From NCBI GenBank assembly GCA_964016885.1, contig OZ024741.1, positions 178,498,001 to 178,562,000 of the forward strand: a stretch of DNA of 64,000 bases, in the 5' to 3' direction. The translations under genes were made by a program, and so were the position numbers. Shown piece after piece: positions 12,031-25,900 of the stretch. The stretch comes from Eledone cirrhosa (Eukaryota). How positions within the stretch are numbered: the stretch's first letter is position 1; each line of letters begins with the position of its first letter. Below the pieces are notes generated by a model that did no database searches, was not told where the DNA came from, and worked only from the letters and a program-made list of their open reading frames with translations.

Positions 12031-14760
12031 GAAGAACACAACAAATGCTGCAATAGGAGGAGTGGGTTTTGTGTTCAGTGCAGGAACCAATCTGTTGGTG
12101 AGGGAAATAATGCCTATCTCCTCGTGAGTGTTGAGGGTGACCTTCAATGGAAACCCAAGACTGACAGTCATCTCAGCCTATAGTCCAACCGAGGGGGACA
12201 GTGATGTGAGTGCGGAAGAGTTCCATGAGGAGGTGTGTAGAGCTGTCAACACCACTCAGGCACACAATATCCTGCTTGTTTTGGGTGACTTCAATGCACA
12301 TCTGAGTAAGGAGGGCAGTGAAGATCCTTGTTGGTATTTCCATAACAGCACCAACCGAAATGGAAGACTACTGAGAGACACCCTGCTGGAGGCGAACTTG
12401 ATGGCGACCATCCTAAGGTTTAGGAAGAATCTGGGGAAGATGTGGACCTACATCTCGGATATGCACCTGTCCAAGTCCCAGATTGATTTCATTCTGGTGA
12501 GAAAAAAGTGGCGGAATAGTGTTCTGAACACAGAACCATACAGCTATTTCAGTACACTGGGTAGTGACCACCGGCTTGTTATGAGTGAGGTCCGGGTGAG
12601 CTTAAGAAAGAGCCAGGCTCGACCCTGGAGAGCAATCTATGACTGGGGAGCTTTCAAGGAAGATGATAAGCTACAGGAGAGGTTCACAGTGGAAGTGAAA
12701 AACAGGTTTAGTGCTCTTTGTGGAGTGTCAGAGGAGAGAGAGATTGGATGGACTGAGGAGAGTGTGACGAGGAGGTACGGGCACTTCTCCAATGCAGTGG
12801 CAGAAGCAAGTGAAACCCTGGTGCCGAGGAAAAAGAACAAAGGGAAGCACGTCAGGTCTGCAAACCCGAAAGTGTGTGCAGCCAGAGAACACCTGAAAGC
12901 TGCCAAGGACCAATTCTATGCTGATCCTACGGAGGAGAGGATGGAGACTGTGGAGGTGATGAGGGAAGAACTCTGTACCGATTACACTGAGGTCAGAGAG
13001 GAGGCACTGATAGAGAAGATCAGAAGTGTGGAGAGAGCGGTTGACAGATCTGGATGTAAGGAGAGCTGGATGATCATCAACGAGATCACAGGGAGGAAGA
13101 GAAGGTGTTCGAGTCAGATCCAGGGAACGGGGCCCGAGGATGGGAAGAGGAAATGGCTAGACCATTTTAGGACCCTACTAGGAGAGCCACCCTCCACAGC
13201 CCAGAGCACTGGGGAGATCAGGCGGCTGTTTGAGGAACTGGATGTTGAGACAGAGCACTTCACTAGAGAGGAGCTTCAGAGAGCCAAGAAGAGGATCAAG
13301 GAGGGCAAGGCTCATGGAGAAGATGGAGTGGCTCCAGAGGTGATGAAGAGGTGTGATTTTGATGATATCATCCTGGGGTTCTGTAACGGGGCACTGGAGA
13401 GAGGAGTTGCCCCGAATCAGTGGAGGATCAGTAACATCGCCCCACTGCCAAAGAAGGGAGATCTCTCTAACACCAACAACTACAGGGGGATCTCACTGAC
13501 GTCACTTGTGGCAAAGACCTTCAACAGGATGATTCTTAACAGGATCCAGCCTGAGATGGAGAAGAAGCTCAGGGACAACCAGAACGACTTCAGAGGGGGT
13601 AGATCAACCACCAGTCACATCCTGAGGCTGAGGCGGATATTAGAGGGAGCTAGAGCAAAGCGCCTTCCTGCGGTCATGGTTTTCATTGACTTTAGGAAGG
13701 CCTTTTATTCTGTGGACCGTTACTGCCTGATGAAGATCTTACAGGCTTATGGAATCCCCAAGAAGATAGTGGACCTGATATCACTGCTCTACACCAACAC
13801 CAAAGCCCAAGTCATTACACCTGATGGGATGACAGAGTTCTTTGAGATACTGGCTGGAGTGCTCCAGGGAGATACATTGGCTCCCTACCTTTTTATCATC
13901 GTAGTGGACTATTGTATGCGCCTTGCACTGGAGAAACACCAGGACTCTGGCTTTACTGTGGCACCGGCTCAGAGCAGGTGACTTAGGGCGAAAAAGGTAT
14001 CGGATGCTGAATTTGCCGACGACATAGTTTTGGGGATAAATACAGTGAAGGAGGCAGAGGATTTGATGCGGGAGGTTGAGACTGTGTCGATGAGTGTGGG
14101 GCTGAGAATGAATGAGACTAAAAGAAAATGTCTGGTAGAGAATGTTGAGAAGCCAGAGGGGATCACTAATGTAAGCGGGAAGCCGCTAGAATTGGTTGAG
14201 GGCTTCCTGTATTTAGGAGCAAAGATTGGGAATACGGAAGATGATGTGGTTGAGAGGAAGAACAAGGCCTGGGCGGCGTGCCACAGCTTGAGATCGGTGT
14301 GGAAGTCGGACCTTCGTAGAGACCTGAAAATCCGCCTCTTCATTGCTGTAGTGGAGTCTGTGCTGCTGTATGGGTCTGAGACTTGGACACTGACCAAGAA
14401 ACTCACTCAGATGGTGGATGGGTGCTACACGAGAATGCTGAGGATGGCTCTGAACATTAATCAGTATACACTGAGGATGAAAAACTCAGAGCTGTATGGG
14501 AGCATCCCAAAAGTCAGCTCAAAAGTGACACAGAGGAGACTGAGGTTAGCTGGACATGCGCACCGACATCCAGAGTTGACATTGCACTCAGTGCAACTTT
14601 GGGATCCCCTACATGGACACACGAGAAGAGGAAGACCAAGGTCAACGTATGTTGATGCCCTATGGACAGACACTGGTCTATTGGAGACGCAGGACAATGA
14701 GGGACAGAGACCGCTGGAGAGAACTCGTCCATGGATCTCGGGAATTTTACCCGCCTTAGA
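12031..14760 (+). mobile_element. RTE-clade LINE body (APE endonuclease plus reverse transcriptase), inactivated
   Basis: AYSPT, LGDFNAH, IDFIL, SDH (APE); KKGD..NYRGISL, FIDFRKAF, GVLQGDTLAPYLF, EFADD, FLYLG, LLYGSETW (RT); single ORF interrupted by TGA at 12125-12127 and 13979-13981. Confidence 0.95.
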
Positions 14761-14787
14761 TATATATGTGCCTAAAGTAGAAACAAT

Positions 14788-14820
<33 letters not shown>

Positions 14821-14827
14821 ATATATA

Positions 14828-15016
14828 TAATTGTTTCTACTTTAGGCACAAGGCCAGCAATTACCCAGTGCATTACTGGTACTTTATTTTATCGACCTCG
14901 TAAGGATGAAAGGCAAAGTCAACCTCGACAGGATTTGAACTCAGATCGTAAAGGGACGTAACTATGCTGGAAAGCATGGCGTCCGACCCTCTACCGATAC
15001 TGCCAATTCACCGACC
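14828..15016 (-). mobile_element. SINE, full length
   Basis: Reverse complement of consensus head, core and tail. Confidence 0.92.
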
Positions 15017-15019
15017 ATA

Positions 15020-15065
<46 letters not shown>

Positions 15066-15826
15066 AATCAGTATGAGAATTTCTATAAAACTGCTGGATG
15101 TTAGAATTGCTTTAAGACTAGCAACCTGTCAGCTACCTTAAGCACTGATGGTGATTATCGCTAAATTTTGATGTTGATTTGACTACCAATATTAATATTA
15201 TTGGGCACCCACTGAAGAATTATAAGAGCCCATTTGAATAAGTATCTGTTGATCTTATACAAGCTTCTACATAAATTGGTATAATTTCACCTAACTTGTA
15301 GGAATCTTATAATGAAACGAGACTGGGAATCTTATAATGAAATTCCCGTCTGGGAAGAGATATATTTGATATATCTCATATGAAATAATACAGCCAATTT
15401 TCCAGACAATAAAATTAGTTACCACCCGAACGTTTAATTAGGAATATACTCACTTATTTCCTAATGTTTGTTGAGTGAGTTCGGATTTGGCCGGAGTATC
15501 GCTATTAGCTTTCTCCGATAATGTATTTATATTTATAAGAGGGTGTTAAAGTTTGCTTGAAGCATTGTGAAATGTGTAAAATACGTAGTTAAGAAAGCCA
15601 CAACAATGCAGAGGGGAATCTCGAGGTAGGAAGTGAATGATAGATAGGAGAAACAGGTGAAAGTGAAAATTGAGAGAGACAAAGATGAAAACAAAACAAA
15701 GGTAGAAGGGATACCGTAGTGGAGATTTAATCTCAATATTTCGGGCTCACGCCCATCAACGGGGGAAAAGTTCCAAAAGGAGGGGAACAGGCCAAGCGGA
15801 GAAAGTTGTGATGTCGTTAATATTTA

Positions 15827-15926
<100 letters not shown>

Positions 15927-16249
15927 TTATTCAAATATACCTGTATGATTATAAGTCACTGAACAGATTAACTTCGGTTATTCATGTCCTTCCCATAAAG
16001 TATTGTTATTAATCTTTCAAGCTGGTTAATTGAAGTTCAAAACCTAAACCGTATTTTACTCTCACAATTTCGCAGTATTAATATTGTCATTTTGATTGAT
16101 CACAATCTTGGTCACATTTAAGCTACAGAAGATATTAAAACTACTCCTCTGTTATTTATTACACACTAAATGACGTCTTATTCATTACGATAAAGCGATT
16201 CCTTCAGGTAGTTTACTCTGAATGATGTGATAAGCCTTGTTATCGGTCA

Positions 16250-16750
16250 TCAAGCGGAAATGATTTAAGATTGAAGTTGATTTAGATAACTATAAGAGTG
16301 GAACAGCATTGAGAATGATGCAATGGCATATAATGTTGTTTTATTATATATTTCATTATTCAAATGGTTTCCATTATCAGAAATGTTTAATGTATGGACA
16401 TTTCGGAAAACGACAGAATGTATTTCACATAAATTCAAGACCAAACATATTTTCTCTATAAAATTATCACCTGCTGAGAAAATTGAAGACTGACGTTGTA
16501 TATGCCATGGTAGAAGCTGACATGGTAATGTATGCAAATAACTCTGACACCAAGCACTCTCAGAATTTATTGAACAGAATTTGCAGTAACCAGAATGTTT
16601 AAGAGCTAATATAAAATTGGTATAGTATGACGATCCCTGAACTTTATCACGAAAAATTGTAGTAGCTGACATTTTAGTATATTCACTAAGCTTCTTAATA
16701 GTAATAAATATGTTCCTGCGCATTTCTATTGGCACTGGCAATATTGTTTC
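16250..16750 (+). mobile_element. Very old LINE RT fossil (tentative)
   Basis: Plus-strand pieces SEMFNVWT.. and ..AMVEADMVMYANNSDTKHSQNLLNRI resemble degenerate RT domain 4-5 regions. Confidence 0.25.
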
Positions 16751-16919
16751 AACTATTAAAGCGAAGCAAACACAACATTGTTTATTTAATGGGAAAAAAG
16801 TAAAGAAACGATTTTCCAGGGAGAAACTGTTTCCGTTCGTTTTTCGGTTACTGATACTATCTGTTAGTCGCAACTACTTGCAAAAACGTTAGTACTTACC
16901 AGTGACAGATGATAATATT

Positions 16920-17287
16920 TGCATTCAGAACACAAACTCAATCTCTCTGTTCAGCTCCTCCAGTTTCAACTCCTTTATCCATCCATTTCTTCTAATAACA
17001 CGAGCCTGACTCGCCAAGTTTTGTTCACCTAATTTAAATAGACCAACTTTATTCCAGATTTTATCATCGGAACTCTAGGCACTATGTGAAAGAGTTTCAA
17101 GGATGGTTAAAGAATATTAGTCCAGCCTTCTTTCTTGGAACACTTCAAAATGTATGCTTGCTCGGAACAGCAAGAACCCTCCGATACGTCCTGAATATCT
17201 GAGGCCGAGGGTATGGTTTGATGTTCATTTGAACAAACCTTCCAGTTAAATAACGTCAATGACTGAGACTCCAAGAATAACAACAAC

Positions 17288-17330
<43 letters not shown>
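16920..17330. mobile_element. R4/Dong-type LINE fragments: inverted N-terminal piece joined to a 3' end with (AAC)(AAT)n tail
   Basis: 16940-17060 minus reads IWNKVGLFKLGEQNLASQARVIRRNGWIKELKLEELNRE (cf. 23290-23405); 17066-17200 plus reads GTLG..FQGWLKNI..TLQNVCLLGTARTLRYVLNI*, the REL-LINE C-terminus. Confidence 0.75.
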
Positions 17331-17332
<2 letters not shown>

Positions 17333-17463
17333 TGTTTCTACTTTTGGCACAAGGCCAGCAATTTTCCAGTTCATTACTGGTACTTTATTTTATCGACCCC
17401 GTAAGGATGAAAGGCAAAGTTAACCTCGGCGGAATTTAAACTCAGAATGGCAAGGGCCGTACT
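17328..17463 (-). mobile_element. 5'-truncated SINE
   Basis: Tail, core and B-box present; head replaced by the (AAT)n tail of a Tx1 3' fragment. Confidence 0.88.
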
Positions 17464-17705
17464 AATAATAATAATCATAATAATAATAATGATTTCTTTA
17501 TTAACCACAAGGGTTTACATAAAGTATACATTAAGAACAGTACAGGACAATACAGGACGGTACGAAAGGGCATTTCTGAGTGTAAAAAAAACAAGAAACA
17601 GAGGATGTAATAATAGAACAATGAAAAAATTCCCCAATAGGGGGGAGACTTCCGAGGGACATTCGTGGAGAAAGCCCATTAAAAAGCCACAGTGACCCTG
17701 ACCTG
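17464..17705 (-). mobile_element. Tx1-like LINE isolated 3' UTR copy
   Basis: Close similarity to 17826-18052, including the (ATT)n tail. Confidence 0.88.
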
Positions 17706-17825
17706 ATGTATGTGCACTTATATATAGTTAACAATAAAATTTTTCCATAAATGGCAATTTTAAATAACTGAAAATAACAAACCTTTGCGGAGCTCACGAT
17801 GATACGATTTACTACGTAGGTCGCC

Positions 17826-20800
17826 AATAATAATAATAATAATAATGCTTTCTTTATTAACCACAAGGGTTTACATAAAGTAGACATTAAGGACAGTACA
17901 GGACTATACAGGACGGTACAAATGGGCATTTCTGCGTGTAAAATAACAGAGGATGTAATAAAAATAACAATGAAAAATTCCCCAATAGGGGGGAGACTTC
18001 CGAAGGACATTTGTGGAGAAAGCCCATTAAAAGGCCACAGTGACCCTGACCACCAGGGCAAGTGCCCTCTCCCAGTTTTCCACCTTTAATTTAAAGACAC
18101 ATACTCAGTGTAGGCCCATTCACTCGGATCATACTTGCTTCTCTCACCCATCTTTCCTACAAAATGCTGGGAAGAGAGCACTTCCCTCTCTACCCTGATT
18201 TTCATTTTCAAATGAAATTTGAAAAAGTTAATCAGGGCATCACCGAAAAGGGAAGTGCTCGACTTCAGCCCTTTCAAACGTGTCCACCATACTATCTCTT
18301 TCGCCATGGCCACCAGACAGATAAAAACTGCCTGCCCTTCCCGGCTAAAGGAAGAGGGCGGGGCAATCCTCACGATGGACTCAGAGGTAGCGGGGATCCG
18401 TCCTACACGTGACAGCAGGTGTTCGACATAAACCCACAAGTCAGCAATGCTCGGACACTGGACGAGTGCGTGCAGGACGGTTTCGTCGCCCTGCGCGCAT
18501 CTCGGACATGCCCGGCTGACGGCACATCCATGCCTGTAGAGTTTATCCCAAACTGGCAAAGATCCTCGGTAGCACTGCCAGGCCAGGGATTTCTGGAAGT
18601 TGTCCATAGGCCCCGGCCCGAAAGTCCTTCCGAAGAGATTGGCTAGTTGATTTTCGTCGACGCCTAGAGTTTTTCCAAGTACGTCGTCGCTCTTCCCCTT
18701 CACTAATCCTCTAGAGAACGCCAAGGTGGAGTTTCCACCGATCACATTGCCCAATTGGTCGAGGGCTGTGAGCGCATGAAGACATTCCAGTCTCCAAGCG
18801 CTCCCTCTCGGTCTTCGCTTGACCCAGGACAGCAGCTCCGTCAACGAGACGAGCTGGGGAAAGACGTGTCTAGCAAACGGCGACCACACCTGATCACTGT
18901 CGAGGAAGAGGTGGAGATGTCGTAGCCTGAGCGCGTGTCTGCGCATCATCAGCCACGGCATGCCAAGCCCTCCACGTAGCGGGTGTTGACAGCAGATGGA
19001 CCGCCTGACCATCGGAGTGCGTCCCTTCCACAAAAAGCGAAAGAGCAAACGCTCCAGCGCAGTCAGGCGTGGCTTAGCACAGGTACGACGGTCAGCCGGT
19101 AGTAGATGACGGTCGCGATGTACGCGTTAGCCACCTCTGCTCGACCTTTCAGGGATAGCTCCTCTCCGCCCCTTTCTGGGTGAGAGAAGCCACCCTGCTC
19201 GTCACCTCGTCCCAGTTTTTGTCCGTCTGGAGGTCCACACCAAACCAGACCCCTAGCAATTTAACCGGTCCGTCCGTCCAGCGCCCGACAACGCTGTTGG
19301 ACGGCATGGACGTGCCTCTCCACTGACTTTTCTTGGTTGATCATTGCTCCTGTCACCGCTTCGTATTCTCTTAGTGTAGTGCCGATCGCCTCGATGTGTT
19401 TGGCGTTCGACACCACTACGGTGACATCGTCCGCATATGCTGACACGGATCTTCTGCATCCTAGTTCGCGCGGGACCACCCTCAACGTCTCCAGTTTGTG
19501 CAGTAATGGCTCGAGAGTCAATACGTACAAGAGGAACGAGAGGGGACGAAAGGTGACCGTTCACTCTCACCACAGAGCAGATGTCGCTGTGCATGGCAGC
19601 GATCCAGCCTCTGAAGACGGGCCCAAAGCCAGCCGCCCTCAGGACTGCCGCTAGGTAACGATGGTCGACCCTATCGAAAGCTTTCGACTGATCTAAATTG
19701 ATCAAGGACCCACCCGTGCCAGGTTCCCTAGCTACCGTCTCTACGATGTATCGCATGAGGTGGAGGTTGTCGTGGATGGATCTGGCGGGAATGGGGCACG
19801 TCTGCGCCTCTGCCACCAGACAACCAACGACAAGCGCCAACCTCTTTGCTAGCACCTTGGCCAAAATCTTGAACTCTGTGTTTAGAAAAGTTATGGGCCT
19901 GAAATTATCTATGTTAATCCCCTTGTTCGGATCCTTTCTCAGCAGCGCCACAGCTCCTCGGCTCACAGAGCTGGGATTTCTCCCGTTCTGTTTCCAGTTG
20001 CTGTAGACGTCCGCCAAGAGGCCTCCGAACAAGTCTGGCTTCTGTACGTAAATTTCATGGGGCAGACCATCCAAACCAGGCGATTTACCCCTTGTGCAGC
20101 CAGTCATTGCCTCCCGTACGTCAGCGGCTGTTATCGGCTTTTCGCAACACTCTGCCTCAGTGGCCGAGAGCCGCGGCAGTCCGTCGAGGTAGACACTAAA
20201 GTCCATCCCTCGATCCGGCCCACCGCTGCCCCCGAACAGCTGTGCGAAGTGTCGCTGAAAAGCTTCACATATTTGCACGGGATCGAGTAGCATGCGCCCG
20301 TCGTGGTCCACCAAAGACCGGATCGTGGCTTTGTTGCCACGACGCGCCTTCGCCACTCGGGCCCATTGAACGGCTTTCGTCCACTCGTGCCTGAGAGCAC
20401 GCACCCTAGCTCTGACAACGCAGCCTTCGCTCTTTGCATTGAAGAATTGGTCAAGGGCCAATTTCGCCGCAAGTACGTCGGTCGCGATGCCTTTGCTAAG
20501 CGACTCGTCTAATTTTCTAACTAATTCTCCCTCTGCTCTATTTTTCTCTATTGCTAAAGCCTTACTAAACCTAATGGACTCTATTCTAATTGCACTTTTC
20601 AGAGCAAACCACCACTTGTTGTTGACGATGGCCCCCGTCAACGCCCGCTTAACTAGTTCGTTAATCCGGTCTCTGTAGGTCTTGCGCGCTGGTAAGGACG
20701 CGTTTAGCTTCCAGTAGCCGGGTCCTCGTCTATGAAGCCTATCTAAGTCAAGCACACAGATCACGAATTTGAGGTCCGTGTAGCTGACTATCTTTAATTG

Positions 20801-22886
20801 TGGACAGCCTATGCTAGACCTATCTATTTCCCTACAAAATACTCTATCTAGATATGATTTGGATGACCCTATGCGATTTGTCCAAGTCCACATTGGCATA
20901 TTCGGGAAATCCAATCGGTACCTGTCAGACAGTTCAAAACGCCTGAGCAGGTTGGAGAGACTCTTGCACCCTCCTTCCCTATCCGCTAATCCCACACAGT
21001 CCCAGCGTGCATCTAAGATCCCGTTCCAGTCGCCCACTAACACTAAAGAGCAGGACGTTCCAAGAAAGGTCTCCAGACGCCTGAAGAAATCAGGCCGCCC
21101 TGCTCCTGTCGGGGCATAGACGGCCACTAGGCTGAAAGCTTGCCCGTCTCCGCTGGTCACGTCCAGCACGACCAACTTGCCTTCTGGGTCCAGGAAGATG
21201 GCCCGTATGGCGAGATCCAAACCTCTCCGAAAAAGCACAGCAACTTCTCACCCCGATCCAGGACGGCTAGGAGATGCGTACACATCGTAGCCGCCGAAGA
21301 TCGGTGCGAAGGCCCGTGCTTCGGAGATTCTGGTCTCGCTGATGGCCACTACATCTATGTTTAGTGATCTGAGGTCGTTGAGCAGGTGGCCCTGCTTCCA
21401 TGACAACCCAAGCCACGCGCATTTATGCTGCCTATACTGAGTGAGGTCATGTTGAAATGGAGTGGAAAAGATGGGAAAGACCATTTACCCTCTTTTCGTA
21501 GAGGAAGGATGGTTTCTCCATCCCTTTTCACTGCCTGTGGCCACCTCAGGAAGGATGTCGTTATAAATCCTCTAGGAGAGTGCTTGTCGGAAGTCTCCGA
21601 TGTCTTTGAGAAATTTTTGTTTTAGTGTCATGTACGTTTTCTGTGTGAAGCGAGTGATTTGTATGTGTGGAGGTGGTGTGAACTTTTGGGTTGTTGTGTA
21701 GTCTTTTTCTGTCATGCTGGTGTTGTGTTGGATGTAGTGTAATAATTGGTTGTTGTTCAAATTTTCATGCTGTGTAGTGTGTATCGTTTCGGTTGTTTTG
21801 TTTTGTTTGTGTTTGTTGTGGGGTTTGTTCTAGTTCTCTTTTAGGTGACTTTTGTGGTGTAGGTGATGGGGTGTTGGGGTTAATGATGGTGATGGTGTTG
21901 GTGTTTGGTGTGATGGGGTTGGTGATGCTGGTGTGGATGGTGGCATATCTGTCCTAATTTTTTTGTTTGATAGTTTATTTGTTTCCCTCTGTATTTTGTT
22001 TTTGGAGGGGGAAGGAAGAGAATTTTTTCTTTTTTGGTTTCTTTTTTTCTTATTTCCTGATACCGTTTCCCACTCCTCGTCGTCACAATCTGTCTCCAGT
22101 TGTGATAGGCTGGGGAGTGGAAAATCCTCCACAGGCGTTAGTTTTGGTTGTGACGTGGTGGATGGTGTAGGTGCTAGTTCTGGCGCGTTGGGTGGTGGTG
22201 GGGTGGTTTTTCCTACTGTTGCTGGGGTTGTTGCTGCTACAGTTGCTTCTGTTGTTGCTGCCATTTCTGCTGCTGGTGGTGTTGATGGTTGAGTCACTGG
22301 GGTGGTAAGAGAAGTGGTCTCAACTTTTCAGCCTGAGGGCAGAAAGCCCTTAGGTGGGTTCCTTCACCACAAACGACACACCTAGCTCTTCTGCCCTCGA
22401 CAATTACGGTGAGGTGGCTGCCGTCAGTGAGGTCTATTACCTCTTGGATCTCCTCAATGCTTTTTTGGTCCGCTTGAATCAGGAGCTCCATCCCAGATCC
22501 GGACCAGTTCTCCTGCTTTTCTTTCGCTATTTCGATTATCTTGGTGTTGGCTTCGATGCCGGCGAGGACGGCAGCTATTAGCCAGGGAATTTCGATGGCC
22601 GGTGGAACGTGGGTGACCCTGATCTTTACGAGTCTCTGGCCACAATAGCTTGGGACGAGTGTGAAGTCGTCACTTCTTAATGGGGCCATGGAGTGTTCTC
22701 TAGCCTCCTGTGGTGTTTCAAAGAACACGCCCACGGTTCCATACTTCTGCCCACGTCTGATGTGGGTTTTGTTTGCCCACACATGTCCCAAAGCTTATTG
22801 GATTTTGGACTCGGATGCCCGTTCCACTCGGCGCGATTTTATATTAATTGTTCGATAAAACACGGTGCATAGGCGCCGATGCTCCA
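17826..22886 (-). mobile_element. Tx1/L1-clade LINE, 5'-truncated in ORF1, frameshifted
   Basis: ORF2 with APE (SINARGL, AISET, GDWN, YLDR), GPGYWKLN, RT (KSPGLDGLP, FRPITFLN, LDQSKAFDRV, AYADD) and C-terminal CPRC..ETVLHALVQC zinc finger; ORF1 with CVVC..THLRAFC knuckle; (ATT)n tail. Confidence 0.93.
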
Positions 22887-22929
22887 TTTTTTTTTCTTTT
22901 TTTTTTTACCTATTTGTTTGTTTGTTTAT

Positions 22930-25900
22930 TTATGTTCGTCTACAGCGTGAGAGTGCCACACAAAAATCACCGGGAGTGATGAAATCACCGGTGGTTATGT
23001 AACCATACATTCACCAATCCCCGTAAGAGTTTTTAAATGTCGAACCTAAACAGTTCGAATAACGGTGAAGTGGAGACTAGAATGTCATGTGACAGACTCT
23101 CACCCAGCAGGTTCTCCCTGTCTCAGCAGCAGGGACCTGGCTGTCAACCAAATACTGCTGGTGTCGGAGGAAGAAGAAGAAGGAAAGGGACCAGAACCAA
23201 CTGGACGAAAGAATTGAATAGAACTGTTATGCAATGTTACCTGAAGAGTAATCCGAAGGAGAAACGCTATAGGAAACGGATTCATAACATCTGGAACGAG
23301 ATTGGTCTATTTAAATTAGATAAACAAAAATTGGCCGGGCAGGCTCGGGTAATAATAACTAATGGGTGGATAAGCGAGCTGGAACTGGAGGAACTGAGCA
23401 GAGAGATTAGGTTGGAAATGGAGAGTGGAGTATGCCAGGAAAACGAGCCAGTGGGAAAAGAAGATGAAGAGGTTGAGAGAACGGAGGAACCATCCGAAGC
23501 AGACAATGATCTGAAGCTGGAATAAATAATACCTGGAACAAAGATACGGCCATTGAGGAGATGAATGCTGACGAGCTAGGACAAGATTTGGTTGATATCC
23601 TAAACTTAGTGGTAGATGAATTGAACAATGATAGTGGGAAAACTATGAACCTAAGATTTGTAGACAGGAAAAAGTTAAAAGAAACAACAGCTAAGGTAAA
23701 CAAAGTCATCCCATACCTTGAGGCGAGGAGCCTTCACCAGTGCAACAATATCCTCAAAGCAACAGCAAATGCGGTGAGGAAATTACTTGGTATAAAAGCG
23801 AGAGGAAACAAAAAACAAGAAAGATCAGAGCCGTGATGGAAGAAACGACTGAATGGTCAAATCAGGGAAATGAGAAATGACATTGGAAAGCTTGAGTCCC
23901 TACTGAATGGGACACTAAAAAACATAGACACTAAAAATAGACTGGAAATAAAGTACAAAACTAGGAGGAAAAAGCTAAATATTATCATAGAGGAACTGAA
24001 GCAACGCATTGTAGCAAAGAGTGCAAACATTAGGCGATACGAGAGCAGAGTCAGTCAGTATAGACAGAACCGCATGTTTGACAACAACCAGAAGATACTG
24101 TTTGGACAGCTTGAAGGGAAAGCAAGAGGCAACGACTTGATCCCTGAGGCGGAACAAACTAAGACATTCTGGAGAGGAATATGGGAGCAGGATGTTAAAG
24201 ATAATGACCAGGCAGTGTGGATTGAGACAGTACAAAAGGAGATTAGTGAACAGGCACACCAACAAACTGATTTGAGTATCATAGTTGAAACTCTTAAGGA
24301 GCAGGCCAAAAACTAACCAACTGGAAATCACCAGGCCCAGATGGTGTGCAGGGGTATTGGATTAAAAATATAACATCCCTCCACCCGAAACTGACAGCCA
24401 TGTTCAATGACTTCTTGACGTCAGGTGAGGTACCAGAGTGGTTGACAAAAGGTACCACAGTTCTGGTAATGAAAGACCGAATCAAGGGTAATGATGTTAC
24501 CAACTATAGACCTATCACATGTCTCTCCGTAATGTGGAAACTGTTGACAAGCATTATGTCTGAGGAAATCTACCATCACCTCCACACAAACAACTTGTTA
24601 CCGGACGAACAGAAAGGATGCCGAAAGAAGCAACGGAATCCAGTTACCAACAGGTGAGATGATAAAGGAAATTGACACTGAAGAAGGATACAAGTATTTG
24701 GGTGTTCTGGAGGCTGATGACATCAAGAACAAAAAAATGAAGGAATTGATAAGATCTGAATACATTCGGAGAGTAAGGAGCGTATTAAAGTCACATCTGA
24801 ACAGTAGGAATGCTATTGACTATCTACAACATGTTCCACAAGAGGAGTGATGTCGATAGACTCTACTTAAGGAGATCTGAAGGTGGAAGTGGTCTTATCA
24901 GCATAGAGGACTGTGTTCAGAATGAGAAAAACAACCTATACAAATACTTGACTGATAGTAAGGAGCCAATGCTCAGAACTGTACTGAAGGAGAGGACAAT
25001 AGACCAGGGGATGTCCAAGGAGGAAATAATAACAAGGAGAAAGAGCAGCCTTCATGAAAAATCCCTTCATAGTACCTTCTTCGGACAGTAAAAACGTTTA
25101 GCGATGACATCAGGATGGAGTTTGGACTTGAAAAGTGTACAAAAGCCACTTTCAAGAAGGGGAAGCATGTCAACTCAGACTCAGTTGAATTGGATGCTGA
25201 AACAATCATAAAGGAACTTGAGCAGGAACAAACCTATAAATACTTAGGGATTAATGAAGGCTCCGGCATACAGCATGCAAGGATGATAGAAAGGATAAGG
25301 AAAGAATGTTACAGAAGAGTACGTGCAGTTCTGAGATCAGGACTAAACGTTCGTAACAAGGTGCTAGCCATAAATTCCTTGGCAGTCCCAGTTGTCACTT
25401 ATAGCTTCGGTGTGTTGAACTGGGATATGAGTGAAATCAAAAGAATCGACACCAAAGTCCGTAAGCTACTGACCTGTAATAGGATGCACCACCCAAAAGC
25501 AGATGTGGATCGTCTTTACCTTCCTAGAACTCAAGGAGGCCGTGGCCTGATCCAATTTGAACTTGCTTACAAGACCACCATCATTGGACTGGCCAAATAC
25601 CTTGAAACAACTAACGACTGAAACTTGTTGAAAAGCATCAGAGAAGTAAGAAGCGTCATTCTATCTTGAAGAAGAGCAAAAGATATGCTACTGATCTCAT
25701 GCTTGATACCCAGGCTGGACGGACTAAAGAAAATGTTGCAACTGATGCTGCTAGGCACATAAAATCACTGGCTAAAGCAAAAGGGCAAGGACAATTAGCA
25801 TCAAATTGGGAGCATTTCAAATATGTGGCCTGTAGCAAACAAGCTGATGTTGACCAAAAGCACACCCATCAGTGGCTATGTAGTTCAGGGCTAAAGGCGG

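Noticed and set aside
16265-16873. 202-aa minus-strand ORF
   Set aside because: No ATG start or recognisable domain; likely antisense to an old LINE fossil.
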